Positions 50,498-60,651 of a stretch of DNA of 64,000 nucleotides are shown here, piece after piece; the stretch's first letter is position 1; each line of letters starts with the position of its first letter. Source of the stretch: Candidatus Borrarchaeum weybense (lineage in GTDB: Archaea; Asgardarchaeota; Sifarchaeia; Borrarchaeales; Borrarchaeaceae); assembly GCA_019057385.1 (NCBI GenBank), contig JAHQJS010000006.1:709038-773037 (forward strand), read 5' to 3'. The translations under genes were made by a program, and so were the position numbers. The notes under the pieces were generated by a model. The model searched no databases and was not told where the DNA came from. It saw only the letters and a program-made list of their open reading frames with translations.

Positions 50498-51072
50498 TAG
50501 ATCAACGCCTTAACTCCTTTACTGAAATCCCATTTAATTCTACCTATTCCATTTAGATCAAACAAGACATCAGCTAGAATATTCTTGTCAGGATACTCTT
50601 CCAATGGAATATTTTCTTGTTCCCAGTCAAAATACTGAGCTATTCCTTCATCCTCATTTCTGATTGCCTTTTCTAATTCATCAAGACTGATCCAATCTTG
50701 TAGATATTTCTCTTTGAATTTCTCTTGTTGTAATAGTCTCCTTAATCTATTGATAGCTATTTCTCGATTCTTTGTTTCATTCATTTCTTCCAATTGGAGA
50801 TCGGATAATGTTATTGATCTTTTCACTGCCTTTATCTCGTTTCTCAAGTTCTTTTGAATATCTTTAAGTAAATCCATTACTGGATTGATGTTTACTGAAC
50901 TTTGGATAGCCAGCTCTGAATCTGGATAAAATAATATTCCCCTAGAAATAAAGAACTCACAGGCATATCTGACAAACTCTGAAGTATCCATTTCGTTGTC
51001 TTCTGCAAACTTCTTGATTCTTTCCTTTTGTATGGATGATGCTTTCACTACGATATGTTCATTCTTTACCAA
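50497..51072 (-). CDS. Ribbon-helix-helix protein translationally coupled to the integrase
   Basis: HIVVKAS..KERIKKFAEDNEMDTSEFVRYAC (RHH pattern); TAATG overlap with the integrase start. Confidence 0.75.
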   Translation of the reverse strand: MVKNEHIVVKASSIQKERIKKFAEDNEMDTSEFVRYACEFFISRGILFYPDSELAIQSSVNINPVMDLLKDIQKNLRNEIKAVKRSITLSDLQLEEMNETKNREIAINRLRRLLQQEKFKEKYLQDWISLDELEKAIRNEDEGIAQYFDWEQENIPLEEYPDKNILADVLFDLNGIGRIKWDFSKGVKALI

Positions 51073-51176
51073 TTATTCACACGCCCTTGTTTTAGTTCTC
51101 TAAAAAGTCGTATGGTTATCCAGTACGCGGGATTTTACCCCGTACTTTCATCTCTAATACTCTTTATACCCTAGTA

Positions 51177-51196
51177 CCTATAAATACTTTACGGTT
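51177..51196 (-). promoter_or_regulatory. BRE-TATA promoter of the RHH-integrase operon, next to attR
   Basis: Minus strand AACCGTAAAGTATTTATAGG, similar to the promoter near 48860; hairpin at 51122-51146 in the leader. Confidence 0.55.
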
Positions 51197-51213
51197 ATTA
51201 ATACTTTTATAGC

Positions 51214-51228
51214 CAGAATTGTGGAATT
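51214..51228 (+). repeat. attR core CAGAATTGTGGAATT
   Basis: Identical to 43103-43117. Confidence 0.93.
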
Positions 51229-52026
51229 AGCAAAACCGAACCAAATTCACGTCGAACAAACTATATGAGTCCAGAAGTATTCGAAAAAACTATGAAAGCG
51301 AATGATTGCATTGGATCATCGATTAGCTTTAATGAACCTACCCTGCTTTTGGAATACTCTCTTGATGTATTTGATACTGTGAAAGAATCTGGTCTATATT
51401 ATAATACATATATAACAAATATGTACATGACAGAAGAGGCTTTGAAATTACTCACAGAACATAAATGCGATGCGTTTGCCGCTAATATGAAGGGCGATGC
51501 AGAAGTTGTCAAAAAGCACTGTGGTGCTGATATAGAACTCATATGGAGAAACCTAAAGTTAGCAAAGGAAATGGGTGCACATATCGAAGTAATCACACTC
51601 GTCATACCCACAATCAATGATGATGTGCAAACCCTAAAAGAGATTGCCACTCGTATCTATGATGAGTTAGGAAAGGACACACCTTGGCATTGCACTCAGT
51701 TTTTTCCTGCATATAAATCTAGGGAAATAGGACTCAAAAAGAGAACACCAATCGAGACACTGGAAAAAGCCTACGAACTTGGAAAAGACGCTGGTTTGCG
51801 ATTTGTGTATTTGGGAAATGTCCCAAATCACCCTTATGAAAACACATATTGTCCTTCCTGCAATGCGTTATTGATTAAACGGTTTATTTTTGACTCACAG
51901 ATCTTTTTTAATGTTAAAAAAAGAATAGATGATAGAATTGATTTTGAAAAAAGGTGTCCTAACTGTGGAGAACATATTGAAATATTTGGTGAGTTCATTA
52001 GAAAAGAAAAAGGGGTTTTTAGCTAA
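51229..52026 (+). pseudogene. AmmeMemoRadiSam-type radical SAM enzyme, 3' part
   Basis: SKTEPNSRRTNY-MSPE..SFNEPT..PWHCTQFFP..FVYLGNVP..ENTYCPSC; in frame with the 5' part across the att core. Confidence 0.92.
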
Positions 52027-52047
52027 GTCTTTATGAAGAAGGCTTCG

Positions 52048-53577
52048 TTAATGGACCATAACTAACTCGGGATGACGTCGCTCATAATAGCGGATATATG
52101 CTTTTAGAACTTCGATCATTGCACGGATTCCCATCTTAACTATAGCCTTATGACCTATTTCGCTGGCAACCACTCTATAATTTCTGTCCATGTGTTTAAT
52201 GTTGTGTCTCCAGCAGTCCAATAGAATACGAGCATGGTATGGTGTCATATTGTCTGCTATGAACGCTCTGGAGTTTTTCATACTTGTAACCTGCATCGGG
52301 ACGAAGAAAAGTGGTATATACAAGTGAGGAAATGCGTCAAGTCTTTTTATTAGTTCAATAGTATCTTTCATTTCATCTGGTCCTTCACTGGGAAGTCCTG
52401 ATACTAATGTACAGACATTCGTCCAACCCAAATTGGCACAAGTTCGTAGAGCGTCGTATATCATGTCTGGATATTCTTCTGATGAGAAAGGAAGGGCTTT
52501 ACCATGCATTATTTCTTCAATTGTTTTAGAGCATCCTGTTTCGATTCCTGGTTGACATCCATAATACCTATGTCCTTTGCTTCGGAGGTATTTAGTTAAT
52601 CGTTCAAAAAAGTCTGGGTCGAAAGCCATTGGTGCTAAAGTCGAATGGGTTACAAACACCCGACTTATGCCAACATCCTCAAAGAGTGTTTTGTAAAGAT
52701 TCATTATAGCATCTTCGTCCGGGTAGAAGTGCTTTGAGTTGGAACCATATAAGAACACATCCTCTGACTGTAGACACATAGAATTATCACGGCTTCCCTT
52801 AGCATTTATTTTTGCATCATGCAATATTTTTTCAAGAGGGAAATCTCGCATCTTTCCAGCAGTGTTCGGGGCACAGAATTTACATCCTCTCCCGCATCCT
52901 CGTGAAATCTCCGTATAAGTGCCAAGCGCTGGACCCTGTATTAGAGGCACATCTTTTGGTTTTACTTGTCTTCCATAAAACACTCTTCTGTCAAGGCTTC
53001 CATTATTTTCCGGGCTTGCAAGTTGGCTAAAGAGTTCTGGAATTACATATTCTCCTTCGCCGATTACTAAATGATCTATACCAAATTTATCCATGTGAGC
53101 TTCGACTTCCCATGCACCTGGGCCGCCCATAACAACTTTAAATCCATATTTATTCTTTAGTTCCTTAACTTTTCTCATTAATCTAAAATATTCGATTCGG
53201 TTATGTGGAATGCCCTTAAAAATGGTGCTCCACGTTGATGTAGCAGGACCGATGCCCAATGGGTCTTCTGCTGAAATACCAACGATTTTTGTATTCTTGT
53301 TTATCAACTTATCCAAATAAAGCGAATGTGTAACTTTTACTTGTTCTCTGGAAAAACCACTCTGTATACATGTTGCTTCAATGGTCCTAAGACCGAGAGT
53401 TGCCCGAACTAAAGTTCCATCAGGGTAAGCTGGTTCGAGTGGGCAAAAGAACTTGAAGTAAATCCAGTGTGGACATATATTTTGTGGTAAACAAGCGCCA
53501 AATCCGACGTATGGGATCCCATTGTAATCGCTTGTTAGTGATAGATCTGAGGTTAATACGATTTCTGCACGTGCCAT
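52048..53577 (-). CDS. B12-binding-domain radical SAM protein
   Basis: EISRGCGRGCKFC; VVMGGPGAW..IGEGE. Confidence 0.88.
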   Translation of the reverse strand: MARAEIVLTSDLSLTSDYNGIPYVGFGACLPQNICPHWIYFKFFCPLEPAYPDGTLVRATLGLRTIEATCIQSGFSREQVKVTHSLYLDKLINKNTKIVGISAEDPLGIGPATSTWSTIFKGIPHNRIEYFRLMRKVKELKNKYGFKVVMGGPGAWEVEAHMDKFGIDHLVIGEGEYVIPELFSQLASPENNGSLDRRVFYGRQVKPKDVPLIQGPALGTYTEISRGCGRGCKFCAPNTAGKMRDFPLEKILHDAKINAKGSRDNSMCLQSEDVFLYGSNSKHFYPDEDAIMNLYKTLFEDVGISRVFVTHSTLAPMAFDPDFFERLTKYLRSKGHRYYGCQPGIETGCSKTIEEIMHGKALPFSSEEYPDMIYDALRTCANLGWTNVCTLVSGLPSEGPDEMKDTIELIKRLDAFPHLYIPLFFVPMQVTSMKNSRAFIADNMTPYHARILLDCWRHNIKHMDRNYRVVASEIGHKAIVKMGIRAMIEVLKAYIRYYERRHPELVMVH

Positions 53578-54028
53578 GTAAATTCACCTGCCCCTTAAGA
53601 CAAGAAAGTTTCGTCATAGTTCTGAATAAATAGATAGGATTCTATACAATAGTTAACGATCATTTTTAGTACACAATTACATTTTCTAATTTGTATTAAT
53701 TTTACGTGAGTACTATCGAGGTCTAAAACACGTTAACCGATATTTTAGCAGTTGTATCATTAACTTGTATTTAAGAATCTTTTCTATTTCATACACTTAA
53801 AAGTATATAAATAGTGCGATTTTGGAGTATATAGTGCTATATAGCGCTGCGATATTGGAAAAAACGTCAATAAGTATAATAGTCTTATCATTTGGGTAGA
53901 AATCTTTCACATCAATTACGAGTAAAAGTCGTTGTTTATCTCTACCATAGAGTAACAACCACCATTTAATTTTTATATTAAAACTTATGACTATAACTCT
54001 CCTTGAAAAAAATTGAGGGATAGAGTTA

Positions 54029-56956
54029 ATGCAAATTAGCGCAAATCTGGCTCAGTATACAAGTTTATTCGTTATTATTTTAGTGATACTTGCTGTGATC
54101 ATTGTTTGGAAGGAAAAATGGATTATTGGAATGGCATTTAGAAATTTCAAACGAAAAAAAGTCAGAAATACGCTGACTGTTATAGGTGTGCTCTTTAGTG
54201 TTGCTATGTTGGTAGGGTTTAATATAGCAAGACAAAATGTGACAAGTACATTTTACAATACTATTGAACTTGCTGCGGGTAAATTAGATCTTGAGGTTAC
54301 GAGAGCTGATGGTGAGCCATTTCCAGAGGACCTAATGCATCTTCTTGACGATATAGATGGCATTGAAGCGTATGCCCCAAGAATTCAGCGTTACTGTGTG
54401 ATTTACGTTCATGATAGCTGGAATTCTACGATGGCTACAGTTATTGGAATAGATCCAACATTGGACCAAGCTTTTGGAGACATCTTTGACATTAATGGAT
54501 CTCAACCAATCAATCACCTAGTAACTGATGGTAATGCAATTGTTTCGGAATCATTAAAGGATGGTATTTCTGGAGAACAAGATGAAAAAATTGTGAATGC
54601 ATCAATAGGAAATAAACTTAACATTAAATACTATCATGATCCACCACGTTCCCGATCCAAAGGATTTAATATTGCTGCTTTTGCGGAAGGTAAGGGAAAA
54701 ATCGCTCAAGTTGGCTATGGGCGTGTTGTCATCGTAACTTTAGATAGTGCTAGACAATTTACCAAAACTTGGCGTAAGATTGACAAAATAATAGTAAATC
54801 TTGAAGAAGAAAGTAGAAAAGATTACAAAGCCGTTATAGCTGATATAGAAGTTAAACTCGGTAAAGATTTCAGAGTTGACGCAGTTAGAGAAAGTTTACT
54901 GGCGGTTGCAGAAGGCGCGGTATCGGGTTTTGACACTGCTTTGAATTGGGCTGGATTAATTACCTTATTGGCGTCTGTATTTCTAGTATTTAATAGCATC
55001 GTGATGACAGTAACAGAAAGGCGTTACGAGTTAGGCATAATGCGTGCTATCGGCATGTCAAAATTTCAGGTGTTTCGTCTAATTTTATATGAGGTAATTA
55101 TTTTAGGTGGAATAGGATCTATTATAGGTTCATTTGGAGGAGTCTTAGTTGCTCATGGAATAACTACTTACGTTTCAAATACAACTGTTTATGGCTTTCG
55201 AGTCATAATAGAGTCTGTTGAGCTAGATCCTTCAATTATTTTTAGTGGTTTTATCATGGGCTTTCTTTTTGCAGTTGGAGGTGCCCTTTTCCCGCTAGGA
55301 TCCGTAGTCACTATGAAAGTCGTTACAGCTTTACATGGTGATTCCCACGAAGCCGGAAAGAGGAAAATTTCCCGTGGATTATTAGTTGGCGGCATTATAT
55401 TAGCTATAGTAGGATTCGGATTACTCTTTATAGCCCCATCGATTCCTGCAGCTAACTTATCTGATTTCTTGTCTATAACGCTCTTATTATGTATCTCTGG
55501 GGTCTCAATAGCGGTCTCAAAATACAATAGAAAAGCAGCCAGTCTTGTCGCAGGGATCGGTCTTACTGCCACTGGAGCACTCATTACAATAACCGCGGTT
55601 TCCTATTTGAGTGAGATCGTTTTACTTGTTGGAAGCATAATTCTCTGCGGATCACTTCTTAGCATTGTATCGCGAGGCTTTTATCGATTATTGAATAGTA
55701 TACCTGCCTTTCGAACAGTTGCTAAAATTGCTAGTAGAAACCTAACACGCCGTCCTCTTCGATCAACTCTTACATTTGGAATTTTCACGATCGCGATCTC
55801 TCTCTCGATCTTATTTGCATCAATTAACTCAGCTGTTGATATAGGTATAACTCATTACATTGAGGAAGGACTCAATATGGACTTAATAGTGACAACAAAT
55901 ACTGGTGCTCCACCAACTCTAGCAGGGAATCTATCACGAATTGAAGGTGTTCATTGGACGAATGACACGCCTACAGAAGAATGGAGACCTGGTGTAAGCG
56001 TAGCTGAACTATCTGGGGCAAAATTTGAAATCTGGGATGAAGGAGAGACCTCTTTATTAGTGGCTGTGAATTCTTCAACCTTTCCTCTTGCTATTGAACA
56101 GGATTTAATCGAGCCTAATCCGAATACGACAGATATCGTTGCCCTCTTTGACCAATTAGGAGGAACAGGAGATAATAAGTGCATCATAAGTGATAGACTT
56201 GCAGAGGAACTTCATGTGAAAGTTGGTCAAAAAACCAAACTTGAAATATCTGCCCATGGAAATTCTACAGAATTTAAAATCATTGGTATTGTACACAATG
56301 ACTTGATTGGTTACCCGAAGGGTGGATATTTCTGCATTATTGATATAGAAAAATACTATGATTTCGGTTTTGATGATGATGTGCATGTTTTTTACGTTAA
56401 ACTTCGAAATCACCATTGGAATGGAACGGTCGTTGATCAAGATAAAGTTGCACAACAGATTCTTGATTTATATGGCGATGAGTATAATCTAAGTATTATA
56501 AAGACAAAAGACATCGTAGAAGAATGGCGGGTGAACGTGACAGAAACTACGCAATTTATGGCTGTTCTTTCATCGTCATCTATCATAATAGCTTTACTTT
56601 GTTTAGCTACAACAATGATACGAATTGTCCAGGAAAGACAACGTGAAATCGGATTGCTTCGCTCTGTTGGATACTACAGATCCGAGATAGTCAAACTCCT
56701 TCTTGGCGAATCATTACTCTTAGCTGTTCTAGGACTATCAGTTGGGATCATAAACGGCTATATTCTGGCTGCAAGCTATCTCCCACATTTCAAGGAAATC
56801 GGTTTCACGCCGTATGAAGTGACATTCGTGTTTCCAGCTCTTCAAACTATTATAGTGGCCATTCTCGGGATAGTCGTTGCGACAGTAGGTACCGCTTTTC
56901 CAGCATACAAAGCACTTCGGATGAGTCCTGCACAAGCTGTACGATATACGGGCTGA
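54029..56956 (+). CDS. ABC transporter permease with two MacB/FtsX halves
   Basis: ERRYELGIMRAIG and ERQREIGLLRSVG; large extracellular domains; no ATPase gene adjacent. Confidence 0.9.
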   Translation: MQISANLAQYTSLFVIILVILAVIIVWKEKWIIGMAFRNFKRKKVRNTLTVIGVLFSVAMLVGFNIARQNVTSTFYNTIELAAGKLDLEVTRADGEPFPEDLMHLLDDIDGIEAYAPRIQRYCVIYVHDSWNSTMATVIGIDPTLDQAFGDIFDINGSQPINHLVTDGNAIVSESLKDGISGEQDEKIVNASIGNKLNIKYYHDPPRSRSKGFNIAAFAEGKGKIAQVGYGRVVIVTLDSARQFTKTWRKIDKIIVNLEEESRKDYKAVIADIEVKLGKDFRVDAVRESLLAVAEGAVSGFDTALNWAGLITLLASVFLVFNSIVMTVTERRYELGIMRAIGMSKFQVFRLILYEVIILGGIGSIIGSFGGVLVAHGITTYVSNTTVYGFRVIIESVELDPSIIFSGFIMGFLFAVGGALFPLGSVVTMKVVTALHGDSHEAGKRKISRGLLVGGIILAIVGFGLLFIAPSIPAANLSDFLSITLLLCISGVSIAVSKYNRKAASLVAGIGLTATGALITITAVSYLSEIVLLVGSIILCGSLLSIVSRGFYRLLNSIPAFRTVAKIASRNLTRRPLRSTLTFGIFTIAISLSILFASINSAVDIGITHYIEEGLNMDLIVTTNTGAPPTLAGNLSRIEGVHWTNDTPTEEWRPGVSVAELSGAKFEIWDEGETSLLVAVNSSTFPLAIEQDLIEPNPNTTDIVALFDQLGGTGDNKCIISDRLAEELHVKVGQKTKLEISAHGNSTEFKIIGIVHNDLIGYPKGGYFCIIDIEKYYDFGFDDDVHVFYVKLRNHHWNGTVVDQDKVAQQILDLYGDEYNLSIIKTKDIVEEWRVNVTETTQFMAVLSSSSIIIALLCLATTMIRIVQERQREIGLLRSVGYYRSEIVKLLLGESLLLAVLGLSVGIINGYILAASYLPHFKEIGFTPYEVTFVFPALQTIIVAILGIVVATVGTAFPAYKALRMSPAQAVRYTG

Positions 56957-57087
56957 ACCTCTCCTTTTCATAATTATCTTAAACATCCTCAAAGATTTCA
57001 AGCAACCCTTTTTTCCTTTTTCTTGAAATTCTTTTCGAAAACAAAGACTAATAAAAAATAGTTCGTATTTTGGTTTGGTGAAAAAAT

Positions 57088-57579
57088 TTGAATGTCACTT
57101 GTCCAATGTGTGGAGCACAATTCAACTCTCCTGAGGAATTAATAGCTCATGTTAAGAGCGAACATGGCATTGAAATAGATCAAGACTTTATGAAAAACTT
57201 AATGGAAGGAATAGGTACCCTTTTCGCTGATATGTTTAGCGGAAAAAGTGATATGTCTTCTGATGAAGAAGAAGATAATAAAGAGGCCGATCCTAGTTTA
57301 TTTTTTGGAAACATGATGGAGCAGTTGATGAAGACTGTAACTGAAAGCTTACAAAATATTAATACTGATGACACGAACCAAGGCCTACCAAATCCTTTTG
57401 CGATGATGATGAAAAACATGTTTGACCAGGCAATTCAGACTGAACCCGAGTCTAAAGATGAGCCTCCCTCTTCTAGTACAAATGAAGATGATGCTATATT
57501 CAAAGAAAATTCTATAGAAATACCTTTCTCGTCCGATGATGACGAAAAAAAGAAAGATAAAAAAGAAAGTAATGAATGA
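57088..57579 (+). CDS. C2H2 zinc-finger protein with Met-rich and acidic low-complexity tail
   Basis: CPMCGAQFNSPEELIAHVKSEH = C-x2-C-x3-F-x5-L-x2-H-x4-H; segments such as NPFAMMMKNMF. Confidence 0.8.
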   Translation: MNVTCPMCGAQFNSPEELIAHVKSEHGIEIDQDFMKNLMEGIGTLFADMFSGKSDMSSDEEEDNKEADPSLFFGNMMEQLMKTVTESLQNINTDDTNQGLPNPFAMMMKNMFDQAIQTEPESKDEPPSSSTNEDDAIFKENSIEIPFSSDDDEKKKDKKESNE

Positions 57580-57638
57580 TATCTATAAGGGTATCTTGAT
57601 TTCTATTTTAATTCTGATCAACTTTTGAGGATTTTATC

Positions 57639-59285
57639 ATGTCTGACGATTATGAGTTGTGGTTTAATGAAGCCTTCGACAAAGGAGAACTTGGGAATTA
57701 TCGCGGTGCTATTGAACTCTATAAAAAGGTCGTTGAAGCAAAGCCAGATTATCAGGCGGCTTGGTTTAACATGGGGCTCATGTACAGCAATATCGAAGTT
57801 TACGACGAATCAATTGAATGCTACAAGAAGGCGATTGAATTAGATCCAACGGACGGTGCAGCATGGGATAATCTTGGATACGTCTACAACAAGACAGGTG
57901 AGTATGAAGAATCGATCCGTTGTCACAAGGAAGCCATTGAAAAACGACTCCCAAATGCAGCTAATGCTTGGAATAATTTAGGGATAGCGTATCATAACGT
58001 TAACGATTTCAAGAACGCCGAAGATGCTTATAAAAAGGCAATCGAGTTAGACCCTGGTTTTAACTTTCCATATCGTAACATTGCTGACGTTTACATCGAC
58101 AATTCTGAATATCAACTTGCTGAACAGTATTATAAAAAAGCACTAGAAATTGATGAGGAATATGTCTCCGCATGGAATGGTTTGGGAAATGCCTATTGGA
58201 ACCAGAATAATTATGAAGACGCAAAAAAGGCGTATAGAAAAGCAATAGACCTCGATCCAACTTTTAAATTTGCATGGAAGAACATGGGTGATTTACTCGT
58301 CGAACTTGGCGAGAATGATGAAGCAGTTGAGCATTACTTGAAGACTTTGGATTTGGATACGGGTTATATCTCAGCTTTAAATGGGTTAGGCAATGCTTAC
58401 TACAATCATGGAGATTTTGAAAATGCTAAAAAAGCTTACGAGAAAGCATTGGACATAGATCCGAATTATAAGTTCGCGTTACGAAACCTTGGCGATCTCT
58501 TATATGATGAGATAAAGTATCAAGAAGCAATCAGTTATTATGACAAAGCATTAGCCATCGACCCAGATAATGTCGTTATACTGAATTCTTTAGCTAACTG
58601 TTACTATGGCTTAGATCAATTCGCGAAAGCGAGAGAAATCTATGAAAAAGCGTTGGAAATAGATCCAGATTACAAATTTGCGATGGCTAACATTGGTAAT
58701 CTCCTTTACGCACAAGGTAACTACACTGAAGCCTTAGAATACTTCAAGAACGCTATAGAGATAGACCCTGACTACGTATTTGCAATTAATGGCTTAGGAA
58801 ACACTTATCTTGAACTTGGTGAGTATAAAAAGGCTAGTGAAAGTTATCAGAGACTCCTCGACAACAATCCAGAAGATGAAGACGGACTCATTAATATGGG
58901 AGTCGTTCATAGTCGTTTGGGAGAGTATTCTAAATCAATTGAATATTATTCAAAACTTATCGATCTCAAAGAAGCTAAAGAAAGGAGTCCTCCCAGATTA
59001 GTCATAAAAAATCTGGCTCTTTCCTATGAAAGTCTTGGAGAATTGAATAAGGCAGCAGAGTCTTACCAAAAAATAATCTATCTTTGGCCATCAGACGCGG
59101 AGGGCCATTATGATCTTGGAATGATCTATAAAAAAATGGGTGAGGATAAGAAAGCAGAAGATGCCTTCACTAATGCCTTAGAGTTTGACCCGGAAACATA
59201 TGAATCGAAAATACGAAATGAAGGTTTAAGTCCAGAAGAAATTCTAGGCAGACAATTGTTGATGAACTTCCAAACTAAAAAATAG
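57639..59285 (+). CDS. TPR-repeat protein (about 14 repeats)
   Basis: 34-aa periodic W/L..LG..Y..A..Y.KAIE.DP. Confidence 0.95.
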   Translation: MSDDYELWFNEAFDKGELGNYRGAIELYKKVVEAKPDYQAAWFNMGLMYSNIEVYDESIECYKKAIELDPTDGAAWDNLGYVYNKTGEYEESIRCHKEAIEKRLPNAANAWNNLGIAYHNVNDFKNAEDAYKKAIELDPGFNFPYRNIADVYIDNSEYQLAEQYYKKALEIDEEYVSAWNGLGNAYWNQNNYEDAKKAYRKAIDLDPTFKFAWKNMGDLLVELGENDEAVEHYLKTLDLDTGYISALNGLGNAYYNHGDFENAKKAYEKALDIDPNYKFALRNLGDLLYDEIKYQEAISYYDKALAIDPDNVVILNSLANCYYGLDQFAKAREIYEKALEIDPDYKFAMANIGNLLYAQGNYTEALEYFKNAIEIDPDYVFAINGLGNTYLELGEYKKASESYQRLLDNNPEDEDGLINMGVVHSRLGEYSKSIEYYSKLIDLKEAKERSPPRLVIKNLALSYESLGELNKAAESYQKIIYLWPSDAEGHYDLGMIYKKMGEDKKAEDAFTNALEFDPETYESKIRNEGLSPEEILGRQLLMNFQTKK

Positions 59286-59429
59286 CGATATAAGTAAATA
59301 ACGTTTAGAAACAAATGATTTTCAAGGACACATTGCGTTAATTTTCACAAGTCATTTTTCAATCATTTTAATGGAAATTAAAAAAAGAACGTTTATTGCT
59401 TTTGCGAATTGTACTTCACATTAACCCAT

Positions 59430-59591
59430 TTACTCTTCAATAATCTCCATTATCACAGAAACATGCACTTTCGCTGTCTCTTTTGCCTGTGTAGTCTTTT
59501 TAAAATCCTCAATAATTTGCAAAAATGGAGGCGCTATCGATGAAAGAGCACCTTCAATTTCATAGTTTACACTATAGACCTTCCTTGACAT
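59430..59591 (-). CDS. Small hypothetical protein (53 aa)
   Basis: GGTGAT SD before ATG; MSRKVYSVNYEIEG..VHVSVIMEIIEE; below the ORF-track cutoff. Confidence 0.5.
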   Translation of the reverse strand: MSRKVYSVNYEIEGALSSIAPPFLQIIEDFKKTTQAKETAKVHVSVIMEIIEE

Positions 59592-59851
59592 AATATCACC
59601 AGTAGATAGATATATCTAAAAATTCACAAATTTCATAAGGTAAAATGAACGTTAGCTATCAAGGACAAAGAGCATTAGATTAGTATAAAACAATTAGTTT
59701 AGTTACATATTTCCTCTAAACTAAGATATTTGCAATATCATGATAAAAGTAGAATATTTATCTGATTGTAGTGGCTAAAAGTGAATTTCTGAATTGAAAA
59801 CCGAAAGAAGAAGACAATCCTAAAAAACCTTATTTCAAGAGTTGCAGAAAG

Positions 59852-60601
59852 ATGGGTAAAATCGATGGATGCGAACTGTGTGATGCCTATGATGATTGCC
59901 TCCATGATAAGGTAGTTAATAATGTTGTTAATCATAAAATCTTTCAGGATGAATGGAAAACAGTTTATAAGTCAATGATGCCATCAAAAGTGTTGAGTTT
60001 TTTAAGAGCTCAGGAGAAAGCACTACGGAAAAAAAATGAGGATGAATTTGGCAAATTTGACTCCCATAAGTTACGTGTGTGTATTTTTATCAATGCGCTA
60101 GGTGCATGGCCAGGAAAGAAGATAAGCAATACCCTCAGAAACTCTTTGATAAAGGAAGTACAAAAAGCAGTAGACTTTATCCCAACACTTGAAACTCAAT
60201 TAGATGATTCAACCGTAAAAACCCTCGTAGACTTGAAAAATCATCAGAAAAAACAAGAGTTATATCAACAAGAAGAAACTGTACAACGTCTTTTACAAAC
60301 TTCTAAAACCCTTAGAGAAAATTCTAAAACAAATCTTGGTGCGAGGTATGAGATTAACCGAGAAATCTCAGAATATTTAAAAGAAGTGCAATATGCAAGT
60401 CCACAAGTAGCAGAATATTTTCTTGAGGAAGGAAATGATTGGTACAATTTAGCTCAAACCTCTGAGGCAAAATGGGTTGAAGCATCAATGGAATGGATTG
60501 AAATAGCGAAACTTATTTTTAATCGACTGGAATGGACTCAAGAAGTTGAAAAATGTGAAAAAATAATCTATCATCTCAAAAATTTGCCCAGTAGTGGTTG
60601 A
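59852..60601 (+). CDS. Helical hypothetical protein with N-terminal Cys cluster and TPR-like C-terminus
   Basis: CELC..C; AEYFLEEGNDWY..IEIAKLIFNRL..EVEKCEKII. Confidence 0.7.
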   Translation: MGKIDGCELCDAYDDCLHDKVVNNVVNHKIFQDEWKTVYKSMMPSKVLSFLRAQEKALRKKNEDEFGKFDSHKLRVCIFINALGAWPGKKISNTLRNSLIKEVQKAVDFIPTLETQLDDSTVKTLVDLKNHQKKQELYQQEETVQRLLQTSKTLRENSKTNLGARYEINREISEYLKEVQYASPQVAEYFLEEGNDWYNLAQTSEAKWVEASMEWIEIAKLIFNRLEWTQEVEKCEKIIYHLKNLPSSG

Positions 60602-60651
60602 GGCATAGATTTATTTATGTTTAACAGAATTTTAATCTTAAAAAATACAAG

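Larger units (their letters stand above)
43103..51228. mobile_element. Tyrosine-recombinase integrative element (8,111-bp excisable unit) inside the radical SAM gene
   Basis: 15-bp direct repeats; subterminal inverted repeats at 43122-43133 and 51199-51210; integrase near the right end; visibly more AT-rich than the flanks; excision restores the host ORF. Confidence 0.92.

Noticed and set aside
43103-51228. Provirus, intein or intron explanation for the split radical SAM gene
   Set aside because: No capsid, packaging or replication genes are recognisable. The insert has stops and genes on both strands, and is bounded by DNA direct repeats next to an integrase.
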